Shown: positions 1 through 9,247 of the stretch, piece by piece
How the letters are laid out: each line of letters opens with the position of its first letter
Numbering within the stretch: the first letter of the stretch is position 1
From: a virus
Direction: 5' to 3' (one strand)
DNA: 64,000 nt
IMG/VR virus record: IMGVR_UViG_3300021963_000055
Coordinates: 32,001-96,000 of that record
Translations under genes and position numbers: made by a program
The notes under the pieces: model-generated
The model's database searches: none
Seen by the model: the letters and a program-made list of their open reading frames with translations, nothing else
What the model was told of the DNA's origin: nothing

Positions 1-469
1 CTCCATCAACAAGTCGGAAGCCACCCAGCAGATCATCCTCATCGGTCTCAATAGTGATGTTGACACGAATCAGTTCACGCTTCAGGTGAGCACAAGCTTG
101 CTCTACGCTGACAGTTTTACCATTGCCAGAAAGACCAGTAATGAAAACAGGATAAAACATCCCAGACTTGATAATCCGCTTCACATCACTGAAGTTACCA
201 AACGAGACGTAGTTTTTGTCTTTCTGTGGAATGAAACTAACTACAGGAATAGCAGGAGTTGCAGACATAGAATTAAAAGTTTTTTCAAGTTGTTCAGTTA
301 CAGTCAAATTCCAGACTCCACGACCAGTTTTGTTGGGTTCAAGTGTCTTGCAGATAGATGCAAGAGAAGTGTTTGAGCTTGCAGCATATTCAATGAGTTG
401 TTGGCGAGTCACAGTTTCGCCGTAAATAGCAGTCAGGTTTTGAACAAGCTGATCAATCATTTGAGTCAT
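1..469 (-). CDS. cobS: CobS-like / MoxR-type AAA+ ATPase, 5' part (runs off the window)
   Basis: Absent from the ORF track; hand translation from ATG at 469: MTQMIDQLVQNLTAIYGETV...FYPVFITGLSGNGKTVSVEQACAHLKRELIRVNITIETDEDDLLGGFRLVDG. Walker A GLSGNGKT and the RVNITIETDEDDLxGGFRL motif typical of cyanophage CobS. Confidence 0.9.
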   Translation of the reverse strand, partial: MTQMIDQLVQNLTAIYGETVTRQQLIEYAASSNTSLASICKTLEPNKTGRGVWNLTVTEQLEKTFNSMSATPAIPVVSFIPQKDKNYVSFGNFSDVKRIIKSGMFYPVFITGLSGNGKTVSVEQACAHLKRELIRVNITIETDEDDLLGGFRLVDG

Positions 470-498
470 AATGAAGTTACCTCGTTTGGTATGAAAGT

Positions 499-527
499 AG
501 TATAGGGCAAAGGGAGTGGAGTGTCAA
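499..527 (-). promoter_or_regulatory. sigma70-type promoter for cobS (TTGACA-17-TATACT)
   Basis: Plus strand agtata 499-504 and tgtcaa 522-527, 17-nt spacer. Confidence 0.8.
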
Positions 528-2668
528 GCGATTTGCTCGATGAATTTCGATAAGATGATCTTATTAAAAGCCTTCTTACTCATTTTAGTTTTAAATGCTG
601 TCAGTACATTTGATGAATTTACTAAAGAGTCATCAGTGGGAGAACTATTTCCAATTTCAATAAAGTAGAGTTCATTGTACCCCAAAGAAGTTGCAGTAAA
701 TGACCTAGTTTTTGCCCACTCTGAAGACACTTCACTCCAAGATGAAAATTCATCTTGAAGATAACGATTAAGAAAACTCTTAGCTCCATAGAAATCAATA
801 AGTCGGAATCCCACGGCATTAGATCCAGTAATTTGACGATAGTAATCTACAAATGCACTGGTAATTCCCATACTTCCATTCTTACTGATATTCATCATGG
901 TAATTTTGTTTTTCTTGTCTTGAAGACATAGAACTTCATTAAAGTTAAGCCACCCAGAATGAACAATGTTTTTACTACCATAACTTGGACGATTGTATGC
1001 AACTGAGTTGGATTCTCCATCAGTCAAGAAAACTGTGTTAACCTTATCTACTTTATAAGTTTTTTTGAACTTGTCAAACACCTCAATAGCTGCGAATACG
1101 CATTCATTTAGAGGAGTGCTACCTAGATCATAATGACCATACTCACTAGTTAGATATGATTGCTGATCTAGAGTATGTGCGAGTTTCCAAAGATTCTTCA
1201 TCTGACTCTCCATTTGAGCAGTATTCATTTTACTACTCAGAAAATTCACAAGAAGAAAATCACTATTGATATAAATTTGATTTTCCTTTACGGTTATTTG
1301 CTTACTGCGAGACATTTGAGCATAGTTCTTTGCAATGTTCCTGTCGTTAAAGGAATACACTTCAAAAGAAATCTGTGTCTTTTTACAGAACTGAATTAGA
1401 TTGAATAGTTGCTTGATAGTGCCTACTAGGTTTCCTTGCATGGAACCAGACCAATCAAGATACATGATCAGACCATGAGACTTACCTTTAGGAACTACAG
1501 TTACCTTCTTGAAGATATCATCATTCCACTTGTAGGAATACATCTTATTGGTATCAAGAACACCAGTCCCAGCAGTAGCAGACCGATTGTATTCGGCTGC
1601 TCGCTTCTTCATTTCAAATTCCTTAATCAGATATGACACAGACTTCTTACAATCATCTTTGTAATTTTTGTAATCATTTTCTGCTTTGTTAAACATACTC
1701 TGGTAATAATTCTTGTTTTTATATCCAGAGTGATTAGCATAATCAATTATGCTGGTAAAAATCTTGGGAAGATCGTTGACACATTCTTTCCAGGGAAGAA
1801 GATGATTATCAATATTAATAGATGGTGGAGTCAAATAGATGTAGGTGTCACCAGTAAGACTAGCAAGTTGCTGTTGATTTTTAGACCATGCCTTATCCGT
1901 ATCAGAACTAAAATCTGCTTGCTTCCCTGAGTTGGTGGAAGAAGATGGAGTAGATTCCTCAGGAACATCTTCCTTATTGTCGCAATCTGATTGAGCAGAG
2001 ATTTGATTCTGACTATCGCTCACGTTACTCTGAAAACTCTGATTCTCTTGAGGATCCGACTGATTTATTTCACCTTCAAGTGAATCACCTGCAGTAGAGG
2101 TCAATTGAAGTTCAACTTCTTGTTCAGTGTGCTCTACCAGTTCTTTGACAATATTGACAACATCATCAAAAGTTTCTGCATTAGAAACTTTACCAATAAT
2201 TACCTGCTCTTCTGGAGTAAAATTGATAAACACCCCAGCATTAACGTTACCAAGTTTAAAATGAAGATTAATTTTATCAATAAATTTCAGTGAATTGATA
2301 TCAATTGTTTTAACTTCAAAGAAATCCTCATCATGAAGTTCTGAATATCCACGATAAAATGCACGAGCAAGACCAGGGTACTTGCGTTTCATGAGTTTCT
2401 CGATGCGAGCATCCTCAATCACGTTCAAGTAACCCTGAGGGAGATTTAAATCACTACCATAAAGATCTGGAGTGTAAATGGCATGACCAACTTCATGACC
2501 CACAAGAAGATCATATACATCATTAGAAGTGCCTTCCCAAATAGGAAGAGTCAGCACACGATTGTGAGTGTCAAAGCTTGCAGTAGAAACAGAACGATGT
2601 TCAACGGTGAGGTTTTCAGTCGCTAGGAGTTTCGCAAGAATACTCTTGGTCTGTTTGATGTCGGACAT
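524..2668 (-). CDS. CobT-like protein: N-terminal HExxH metallopeptidase-like domain plus C-terminal VWA domain
   Basis: HEVGH motif, NVIEDARIE, acidic linker, MIDAS DWSGS...T...LTDGE; adjacent to the AAA+ cobS gene. Confidence 0.8.
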   Translation of the reverse strand: MSDIKQTKSILAKLLATENLTVEHRSVSTASFDTHNRVLTLPIWEGTSNDVYDLLVGHEVGHAIYTPDLYGSDLNLPQGYLNVIEDARIEKLMKRKYPGLARAFYRGYSELHDEDFFEVKTIDINSLKFIDKINLHFKLGNVNAGVFINFTPEEQVIIGKVSNAETFDDVVNIVKELVEHTEQEVELQLTSTAGDSLEGEINQSDPQENQSFQSNVSDSQNQISAQSDCDNKEDVPEESTPSSSTNSGKQADFSSDTDKAWSKNQQQLASLTGDTYIYLTPPSINIDNHLLPWKECVNDLPKIFTSIIDYANHSGYKNKNYYQSMFNKAENDYKNYKDDCKKSVSYLIKEFEMKKRAAEYNRSATAGTGVLDTNKMYSYKWNDDIFKKVTVVPKGKSHGLIMYLDWSGSMQGNLVGTIKQLFNLIQFCKKTQISFEVYSFNDRNIAKNYAQMSRSKQITVKENQIYINSDFLLVNFLSSKMNTAQMESQMKNLWKLAHTLDQQSYLTSEYGHYDLGSTPLNECVFAAIEVFDKFKKTYKVDKVNTVFLTDGESNSVAYNRPSYGSKNIVHSGWLNFNEVLCLQDKKNKITMMNISKNGSMGITSAFVDYYRQITGSNAVGFRLIDFYGAKSFLNRYLQDEFSSWSEVSSEWAKTRSFTATSLGYNELYFIEIGNSSPTDDSLVNSSNVLTAFKTKMSKKAFNKIILSKFIEQIA

Positions 2669-2691
2669 AGATGCCTCAATTCAGTCCTCAT

Positions 2692-2720
2692 ATAGTAACA
2701 GGTCCATCCCACTGTGTCAA
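2692..2720 (-). promoter_or_regulatory. sigma70-type promoter (TTGACA-17-TACTAT)
   Basis: atagta 2692-2697 and tgtcaa 2715-2720 on plus; the -35 lies in the loop of the inverted repeat tccatccca/tgggatgga. Confidence 0.75.
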
Positions 2721-2742
2721 TGGGATGGATTATAAGGATTGC

Positions 2743-4455
2743 TTATAGCTCTTTTACTTTACTAAAATTCTTGACTTTCTGGAATTGTAGAACCTTTTCA
2801 AATTTATCGTGAAGCATATCTCCTTTATGAGAGATGACAAACACATTTGTATCAGCATCAATTCCACGAATAATACGAAGAAAATCTTCAGTGCCAGAAG
2901 TATCTAGTGAACTATCAAAAACTTCATCCAAGATTAGCAAATTTGTATTTGTAGAATTTTTTAGTTTAGCAACTGCTCTCCAAGTAAACATCAATGCCAA
3001 ATCAATTCGCATCTTTTCTCCTTCTGAAAATGAAGTGTAACTAAATTCATCCCGATGTCTAGATTTGATAGTTTCTTCAAAGTTTTCGTCAAGATTAAAG
3101 TTTACATAGAAGTCCATTAACTGAAGATACTTATTGATCAACTGATTCATTACTGGCAGATATTTTTTAATGATCTTAGACTTGATGCCAGTATCCTTTA
3201 ACAAACTAGAAATAATTTCAAAGTATGTTTTATTGGCTTTCATTTTGTCAACTTGCTTTTGCAGAGCAACTCCTTCAGAAGCAAGTGCGGTTAGTTTTTG
3301 TTTTTCAGTTGCAATGTCTTTATCGGATTCAGAAATTTTTTGAATTTCTTCTTTAAGTGCATCAATAAATTTTGTGAGTCCGTTACACTTATAATTTTGT
3401 GATGTCATCTTGACAGTCAAATCATTAATTTCAGCTAAAATTTTCTGAGATTTATCAATGATTTCTTGTGACTCTTGAATTTTAATTTCAACTTCCTTTA
3501 TTGAATTTTGAAGTTTTTCTATCTCAGAGTTGCATTTTGAAATGTGTTTGATTTTAACTTCATCAGTCAAATCCTGATGGCAAGTTGGGCACGTATGATT
3601 TTGATCATAAAACTGGATATTAGATTCATGATCGGATAGTTTAGTCGAAAATTTTGTCCTATAGTTTTCAAGTTCTTTGATATTAATTTTTGGAAGACTT
3701 GCAAGCTCTTTATTTTTAGCGTGAAGATCTTTACAGATTTTATCGTAGGTTTCGTTGCATTCCGTTATTTGTTGTTCGTAATCTTTTATTTGAGCTTGCT
3801 TATCTTCGATATTTTTCTGAGATTGATTTTTAATGTAGTCAATATGATTCTTTTGCATCTTAACTTTTTCTTTCAGAAACTCAATCTCATTTTCATATGA
3901 TTTGATATTGTCATTATTTGTTTTGACTCTATCTTTCAAGATGACATTCATTGTCGAGAAGATACGAATGTCTAGAAGGTCTTCAATAATTTCTCTGCGG
4001 TGTGCTGCAGGAAGTTGCATGAATGGAACAAAGGTACTTGATCCAAGAATTACAATCTGAGTAAATGATTTGTAATTTAATTTTAGAATATTTTGCTCTA
4101 GATATTTTTGCTGATCTGACGATGCAGCAGCTTGATCCAATAGCTGACCATCTATCCAGATCTCAAAGATGTTTGGTTTGAGTCCACGAATAATTCTATA
4201 TTCTTTTGAACCTATACTGAACTCTAGGTCTACTTTACAGTCTTTTTCGTTTATAGAGTTAATAAGTTGGTTTTTATTGACCTTGCGAAAGGACTTGTTG
4301 AAGAGAGCAAATACAATAGCCTCGATAACGGTACTCTTACCAGCTCCATTAGATCCAACTACCAAGGTTGTATTTGCGTCGTTTAGATTAATTTTTATAG
4401 GTGTGTTACCTACTGCAAGAAAATTAGAATATGTTATAGACTTAAATAAAATCAT
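2743..4455 (-). CDS. gp46: Recombination endonuclease ATPase subunit gp46 (SbcC/Rad50-like)
   Basis: Walker A GSNGAGKS, coiled coil with zinc hook CPTC, signature FSEGEK, Walker B LLILDEVFDSSLD. Confidence 0.97.
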   Translation of the reverse strand: MILFKSITYSNFLAVGNTPIKINLNDANTTLVVGSNGAGKSTVIEAIVFALFNKSFRKVNKNQLINSINEKDCKVDLEFSIGSKEYRIIRGLKPNIFEIWIDGQLLDQAAASSDQQKYLEQNILKLNYKSFTQIVILGSSTFVPFMQLPAAHRREIIEDLLDIRIFSTMNVILKDRVKTNNDNIKSYENEIEFLKEKVKMQKNHIDYIKNQSQKNIEDKQAQIKDYEQQITECNETYDKICKDLHAKNKELASLPKINIKELENYRTKFSTKLSDHESNIQFYDQNHTCPTCHQDLTDEVKIKHISKCNSEIEKLQNSIKEVEIKIQESQEIIDKSQKILAEINDLTVKMTSQNYKCNGLTKFIDALKEEIQKISESDKDIATEKQKLTALASEGVALQKQVDKMKANKTYFEIISSLLKDTGIKSKIIKKYLPVMNQLINKYLQLMDFYVNFNLDENFEETIKSRHRDEFSYTSFSEGEKMRIDLALMFTWRAVAKLKNSTNTNLLILDEVFDSSLDTSGTEDFLRIIRGIDADTNVFVISHKGDMLHDKFEKVLQFQKVKNFSKVKEL

Positions 4456-4717
4456 GAGTGATAGTATCAGGAGGAATTACAAAATCATCGGGGGTAATTA
4501 CACAATAGCTGTAACCAAAATTTTCACACGCTGCAATAGCATCTTCTTCTTCTATCTGAATTAATTGCATTTCGGGAAAACCATCAGCCTCTAAAAGTCC
4601 AATATATCGAGCTGCATCATCTTCATCAACAAACATCTGAAGAACTTTTGTTCCATCAGATGTTGTTACTGCGTATGCACCTTCTTCTTTTTTGTCTTTT
4701 AGAGTGAGTATGAACAT
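4442..4717 (-). CDS. Conserved cyanophage hypothetical protein (DUF3110-like)
   Basis: FVDEDDAARYIGLLEAD motif; position between g47 and g46. Confidence 0.65.
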   Translation of the reverse strand: MFILTLKDKKEEGAYAVTTSDGTKVLQMFVDEDDAARYIGLLEADGFPEMQLIQIEEEDAIAACENFGYSYCVITPDDFVIPPDTITHDFI

Positions 4718-5766
4718 TAGAGAACTTCAGAAGCTTCGATGTAAATAGATTTAACGATAGATTTCAAATGAAATTTATCATAATTATCTTTCATATCTTC
4801 TATATATTTCTGAAGAGTTGTGAGGGTATCTTCGTGTTCAATGGTTTCAATATCACCATTGTCGGAAGCTATTTGAGTATCCTCGATAATTTTAAGATCA
4901 TGGATACCTACATTATAGAACCTTTCCACAATTTTGTCAAACAGGTATAGGTCAGTTTTATTTTCGACTATGATCTTCACATAAGTATCTTTGTACTCAC
5001 TGAGATCCATTTTCAAATAATCGTTAGCGATATCATCATAATAAAACTTTCTAAACATTCGGAATGGATTACGAATGAACTTGAGTTTTCTAGCATCTAG
5101 ATCATAAAGATGAAAACCTCTTTCTTCATTGTAATCACTCCAAGTCATTTCATATGGATTGCCAAGATAGTAAATATTATCACTTCTAGACTTGTGATGA
5201 AAATGACCTGAGAATACTCGTTTAAACTTGGAGAATATATCTCGATCTAAACCACCCTCAAATGTATGTCCTGGATGGGCTTCAAATCCATTGATTTCTA
5301 GGTGTCCCATCAAAACTTCAGATTTAGTGTTCTGAAGATGAGCCATCACTTTTCCTTGATTTTCAGAGTTAATCCAGGGAACCATAGTAATGGTATTGCC
5401 AAGAACATCAATGTCGCAAATCTCATCATAGATTGTAATATTATCATAACAATCTAACAATAGAGTTGGAGTGTTTACTCTGTTAGTATTCTTGTAGTAT
5501 GCAGTATGGTTTCCAACAATCATGTGGACTTGTATACCCATATCTGCTAGTCGATCATAATAATGTCTTTTGATTCTATCCCAAGCTACAAAATCAATAG
5601 CCTTACGATTGTCAAAAGTATCTCCAAGATCAAATAAAATTTTAATGTTATATTTTTCTAGAGTGGGGAAAAATACTTCATCATAGAATTTTAGAAAGAA
5701 CTCCCAGAAAGCTTGGGAGCCTTTTCTTCCGTCGAGATGCTGATCAGTAATAATTGCAGAGTTCAT
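4717..5766 (-). CDS. gp47: Recombination endonuclease nuclease subunit gp47 (SbcD/Mre11-like)
   Basis: Metallophosphoesterase motifs DQH, GDTFD, GNH, SGHFH; upstream of g46. Confidence 0.96.
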   Translation of the reverse strand: MNSAIITDQHLDGRKGSQAFWEFFLKFYDEVFFPTLEKYNIKILFDLGDTFDNRKAIDFVAWDRIKRHYYDRLADMGIQVHMIVGNHTAYYKNTNRVNTPTLLLDCYDNITIYDEICDIDVLGNTITMVPWINSENQGKVMAHLQNTKSEVLMGHLEINGFEAHPGHTFEGGLDRDIFSKFKRVFSGHFHHKSRSDNIYYLGNPYEMTWSDYNEERGFHLYDLDARKLKFIRNPFRMFRKFYYDDIANDYLKMDLSEYKDTYVKIIVENKTDLYLFDKIVERFYNVGIHDLKIIEDTQIASDNGDIETIEHEDTLTTLQKYIEDMKDNYDKFHLKSIVKSIYIEASEVL

Positions 5767-6233
5767 CGGTTGTTGCGATATTCAAGGTTTTCTTTGATAC
5801 TATTCATATCAGACATATTAAATCCCATGATGGAATCGTCTGCAGCAAATACTTCATCAAATCCAGATCGTTCTAGAAGTTTGGTTTTAACTTCCAACTG
5901 TTTCTTTTCTTTTTGGATTCTACGAAGAAAAGCAAAGTAAATAATTTGAGTGAAGTAAGCAAATGGATTAGTAGACTTTTCTGGATCAAAGTTGTCGATA
6001 TACTGTAGACAGTTTTCAATTCCATCACAGATCATATCATCCTTGAACATATAGTTCACGAAATTAGGACGGTAAGAAAGATGAGTTGCGATTTTAAGAA
6101 AACACTCTCCAATATAATTTGGGACTCTTGGTTTTTCTTTGCCTTCTTCTTTAGCTAGTTTAACTTCTTTCCTGTAAACCATTAAGGCATCCAAAAAGTC
6201 CTTATTGTTTACGTAGTGTTCTTTTTTCTTCAT
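5763..6233 (-). CDS. gp55: Late transcription sigma factor gp55
   Basis: HYVNNKDF, YIGECFLKIATHLS, NPFAYFTQIIYFAFLRRIQKEKKQ. Confidence 0.97.
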   Translation of the reverse strand: MKKKEHYVNNKDFLDALMVYRKEVKLAKEEGKEKPRVPNYIGECFLKIATHLSYRPNFVNYMFKDDMICDGIENCLQYIDNFDPEKSTNPFAYFTQIIYFAFLRRIQKEKKQLEVKTKLLERSGFDEVFAADDSIMGFNMSDMNSIKENLEYRNNR

Positions 6234-6259
6234 TCAATCTTTTAGTTGCGAGTGTATTC

Positions 6260-6288
6260 ACTTTAACACATTTGAATAGCTTTGTCAA
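6260..6288 (-). promoter_or_regulatory. sigma70-type promoter for g55-g47-g46 (TTGACA-17-TAAAGT, extended TG)
   Basis: tgtcaa 6283-6288 and acttta 6260-6265 on plus. Confidence 0.7.
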
Positions 6289-6295
6289 GGGGGGG

Positions 6296-6324
6296 TTGAC
6301 AAGAGTGCTCAAAGTGTGTATAAT
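6296..6324 (+). promoter_or_regulatory. Perfect-consensus sigma70 promoter pointing antisense into the uvsW operon
   Basis: TTGACA 6296-6301, 17 nt, TATAAT 6319-6324; no plus-strand gene downstream. Confidence 0.75.
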
Positions 6325-6350
6325 AACCATGTCAAGGTTCAGAACTTATA

Positions 6351-6749
6351 TTAAGTATCTATATTGAGTTTAAAAGACTTCTCTAGAAGTCTTCTTGCCT
6401 CATCAATTTTATTTTTAAATCCTAATTCTTTGTCTAATGATACTCTATTAGTATTTTCTTTATTGATATATTTTTTTAAAGTATTACGATAAAGATTTAA
6501 TATTTTATTATCTGCTTCACCTACAGTAAATACTTTACTTTTTTCAATAAAGAATATATCTTCTCTAGAAAATTTAATCCAAGGTCTCATATCAACTTTA
6601 TACATTTCTCCTGCAGGAGTCATTATAAGTTCTACTAGTATTTCAAGTGGATTTTCAATAATAAATCCATCCTCTTCTTCGCAAGAAACTATAATTCCAA
6701 CTATTTCCGTTCCATCTACTAATTTAATTACTCCATAAAATTCAGTCAT
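6351..6749 (-). CDS. Conserved T4-like cyanophage protein (Sm-like fold predicted)
   Basis: YGVIKLVDGTEIVG...PWIKFS pattern; usual position downstream of uvsW. Confidence 0.65.
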   Translation of the reverse strand: MTEFYGVIKLVDGTEIVGIIVSCEEEDGFIIENPLEILVELIMTPAGEMYKVDMRPWIKFSREDIFFIEKSKVFTVGEADNKILNLYRNTLKKYINKENTNRVSLDKELGFKNKIDEARRLLEKSFKLNIDT

Positions 6750-8218
6750 GTTTGATTCCTTTTAAAATTTACTGGAATTATTTCATACTCAAAATTTTCT
6801 TCTGAGTAAGTTTTAATTCGTTCTATTAAATGATTTAACGTATAGTTTTTCTTTTCTCCTTTTGAGAAATCATCAGCAATATCGAATAGTTTTGCTTTTG
6901 ATTTATTTTCTCCTTTTCTTAATACTCTTCCAATTGATTGAAGGTTTCTAACCCTTGATTTACTAGGGGAGGCAAAAATAACATTATGTAAATTTCTAAT
7001 GTTAATACCAGTAGAAAAAGTGCCGTAAGAAGCAATGATGATAGCATTAGATTCTTCTTCTGTTAATTTTCTAATTAATTCTCTTTCTTCGGTATCAACT
7101 CCACCATATACAAAAAATACTTTTCGTTCATGCCCCACATCACTATTTATTATTTCGTAAAGTATCCTACCATGTTTTTCTACCATAGCAAACAATATTA
7201 AAGTGTTGCCATCTTGATTGATAGCTATTTTTTTGATATAATTGTTTCTCTTTTCAGATCTACAAATATAATCTATTTCTTCTTGATATGAACTAAATTT
7301 ACATGCATCATGTTGAAGAAGTAATACATTAATTTTGAGGTTTGATAGGTAACCTTTGTCGATCAATTTTTTGGTCTTAATAACCTTGTTAACAGGTCCA
7401 AATAACCCCTCTAATACGAGTTGATTTGTATTAGACCCATCCAGAGTACCTGTGAAGCCAAATCTATACTTACAATTGTGTAGTTTTGTCATGATTGATA
7501 TTAGAGACTTAGCTTTAAACTGATGAGCTTCATCTCCAATAACGACATCATATTTTTCAAAGAAACTTTTTGGAAGTTTATAAATTGACTGCCAAGTAGT
7601 GACAGTTACTGATTTATTTGTTTGCTTTGATTTTCCTGAATAAATTTTATGTGTTTCTTCTCCCCAACCATATTCTTGAAAATCTTTTGATAGTTGTTCT
7701 ACAAGAGAAGTTGTAGGAGTAATAATTAACACATTTAAATTTTTGTCAGTATAATATCTAACAATGCAATAAATTATGAGAGATTTACCTGAAGCAGTAG
7801 GAGATAACAATAACTTTCTATTGTTCCTCAGTGCTTCATAAATTGCTTTGTATTGGTAGTCTCTAACTTTAAATGGAATTCCTATAGATTTAATGTAATC
7901 TACAAGTCCTTCTGGAGTTATATTTTGATTGGAATCTTTTGGCATTCCATAATATGGATTATCCTGATCCAAATATGTGTATCCTCTAATACACAACCAT
8001 TCAGTTAGGTAATCATACAATCCAACATAAATTAATCCATCAAATGGACTAAATAATCTAATTTTTCCATCCCACAATTTATTTTTATATTGTGGCATAA
8101 ATTTAGCATTTGGGACATCGAATGTGAAATACTCAGATAATTCGTATTTAATATGAGGTTCACATTCTACAGTGAGATAAACTTCGTTCTTCTTCTTGAT
8201 AATAACATCTGTCATCAA
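6746..8218 (-). CDS. uvsW: RNA-DNA/DNA-DNA helicase UvsW
   Basis: RDYQ, SPTASGKS, GDEAH, GFTGT, TFSTGINI, LQSIGRVLR. Confidence 0.97.
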   Translation of the reverse strand: MMTDVIIKKKNEVYLTVECEPHIKYELSEYFTFDVPNAKFMPQYKNKLWDGKIRLFSPFDGLIYVGLYDYLTEWLCIRGYTYLDQDNPYYGMPKDSNQNITPEGLVDYIKSIGIPFKVRDYQYKAIYEALRNNRKLLLSPTASGKSLIIYCIVRYYTDKNLNVLIITPTTSLVEQLSKDFQEYGWGEETHKIYSGKSKQTNKSVTVTTWQSIYKLPKSFFEKYDVVIGDEAHQFKAKSLISIMTKLHNCKYRFGFTGTLDGSNTNQLVLEGLFGPVNKVIKTKKLIDKGYLSNLKINVLLLQHDACKFSSYQEEIDYICRSEKRNNYIKKIAINQDGNTLILFAMVEKHGRILYEIINSDVGHERKVFFVYGGVDTEERELIRKLTEEESNAIIIASYGTFSTGINIRNLHNVIFASPSKSRVRNLQSIGRVLRKGENKSKAKLFDIADDFSKGEKKNYTLNHLIERIKTYSEENFEYEIIPVNFKRNQT

Positions 8219-8646
8219 ATACTACCTTGCATAAATTTCTGCCAGTCAATGCTGTTTTTAATTTGAAAACCTCTAGTGCTAATATTGCTTAGAATATTTT
8301 CTAATAAAAATATCATCTCCTTATAATAATTTAGTTTATTTAAAGATGACTGAATTTCATCATCAGATTCGATATACAATTGAACATCTTGTTTGAGCAC
8401 TTTTAAATCGAATGGTTTTTGTTTATATACTTCTGGATCTGACTTTCCAGTATAATACTCATACTTTTCTTTGAGCATTTTTTTATAATCTTGCTCTTTT
8501 TTAATTTTAATTAATCTAACATCAGAAAGCCAATTTAAATATTTGCTATGAAGTTGTGGAATTTTAATAGATTCATGATCAAGAAGGTCCTCATCCATTT
8601 TAGAATCTTGAGCCCAATGATCTTTAATGAAGTCAATGTCAATCAT
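8215..8646 (-). CDS. uvsY: Recombination mediator UvsY
   Basis: KIPQLHSKYL, YYTGK, RGFQIKNSIDWQKF; sits between g3 and uvsW. Confidence 0.92.
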   Translation of the reverse strand: MIDIDFIKDHWAQDSKMDEDLLDHESIKIPQLHSKYLNWLSDVRLIKIKKEQDYKKMLKEKYEYYTGKSDPEVYKQKPFDLKVLKQDVQLYIESDDEIQSSLNKLNYYKEMIFLLENILSNISTRGFQIKNSIDWQKFMQGSI

Positions 8647-9179
8647 AGTTTTTTATCATTAATAGTGTATATATCGTATATAGTATACTTAAAATTGGCG
8701 CTAACAGTAAAATATTGAACATCTTGTGATGTAGATTCAAATCTTAATTGTCCAATATTTGTAGGAAATAAATCTTTAAAAATTACTTTAAATTTTTTTT
8801 TAAAGTTAGAATCTAGAATAAACAAAATTCCTTCGCTATAAGTTTTATTTTCTAAATCGTCGCCAGGAAGTTCTGAAATATCTTTACCTGAATATGGATG
8901 GCCAAGTTTCCTTACCCAATTATGAATGGCAAGGTAATTTTTCATGCCCTCATCCACAATAAATTCAAGATTTAAATCTTCAAAATTAATTTCATCTCCA
9001 GGATGTGGAATTGCATTCCATCGTGTAGATTGAGTAGCTACAGATAAAGATACTCCAGGAATATTTGCTGACTGACAAAAGAATGATACATTAGGATATT
9101 TAATTAATTGAAATTGAAATCCAATTCCTGTTAAAAAATTAGCTGGGCAAGAAGAATTTGTTACAAAATTAGCAGCCAT
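8643..9179 (-). CDS. gp3: Tail tube terminator / tail completion protein gp3
   Basis: NFLxxxGFQF, FFCQSANIPG, FIVDExMxNY, DLFPT; follows g23. Confidence 0.9.
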   Translation of the reverse strand: MAANFVTNSSCPANFLTGIGFQFQLIKYPNVSFFCQSANIPGVSLSVATQSTRWNAIPHPGDEINFEDLNLEFIVDEGMKNYLAIHNWVRKLGHPYSGKDISELPGDDLENKTYSEGILFILDSNFKKKFKVIFKDLFPTNIGQLRFESTSQDVQYFTVSANFKYTIYDIYTINDKKL

Positions 9180-9192
9180 GATGTTTTATTTT

Positions 9193-9199
9193 TATTTAG
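9193..9199 (-). promoter_or_regulatory. T4-type late promoter (CTAAATA) for g3
   Basis: tatttag on plus, 13 nt before the start codon. Confidence 0.65.
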
Positions 9200-9201
9200 A
9201 T

Positions 9202-9226
9202 AAAAAAAGAGCCCCAAAAGGGGCTC
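9202..9226 (-). terminator. Rho-independent terminator after g23
   Basis: GAGCCCC-TTTT-GGGGCTC stem-loop followed by T7 on the minus strand. Confidence 0.9.
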
Positions 9227-9247
9227 CTGAAGTATATAAACCAGCGA

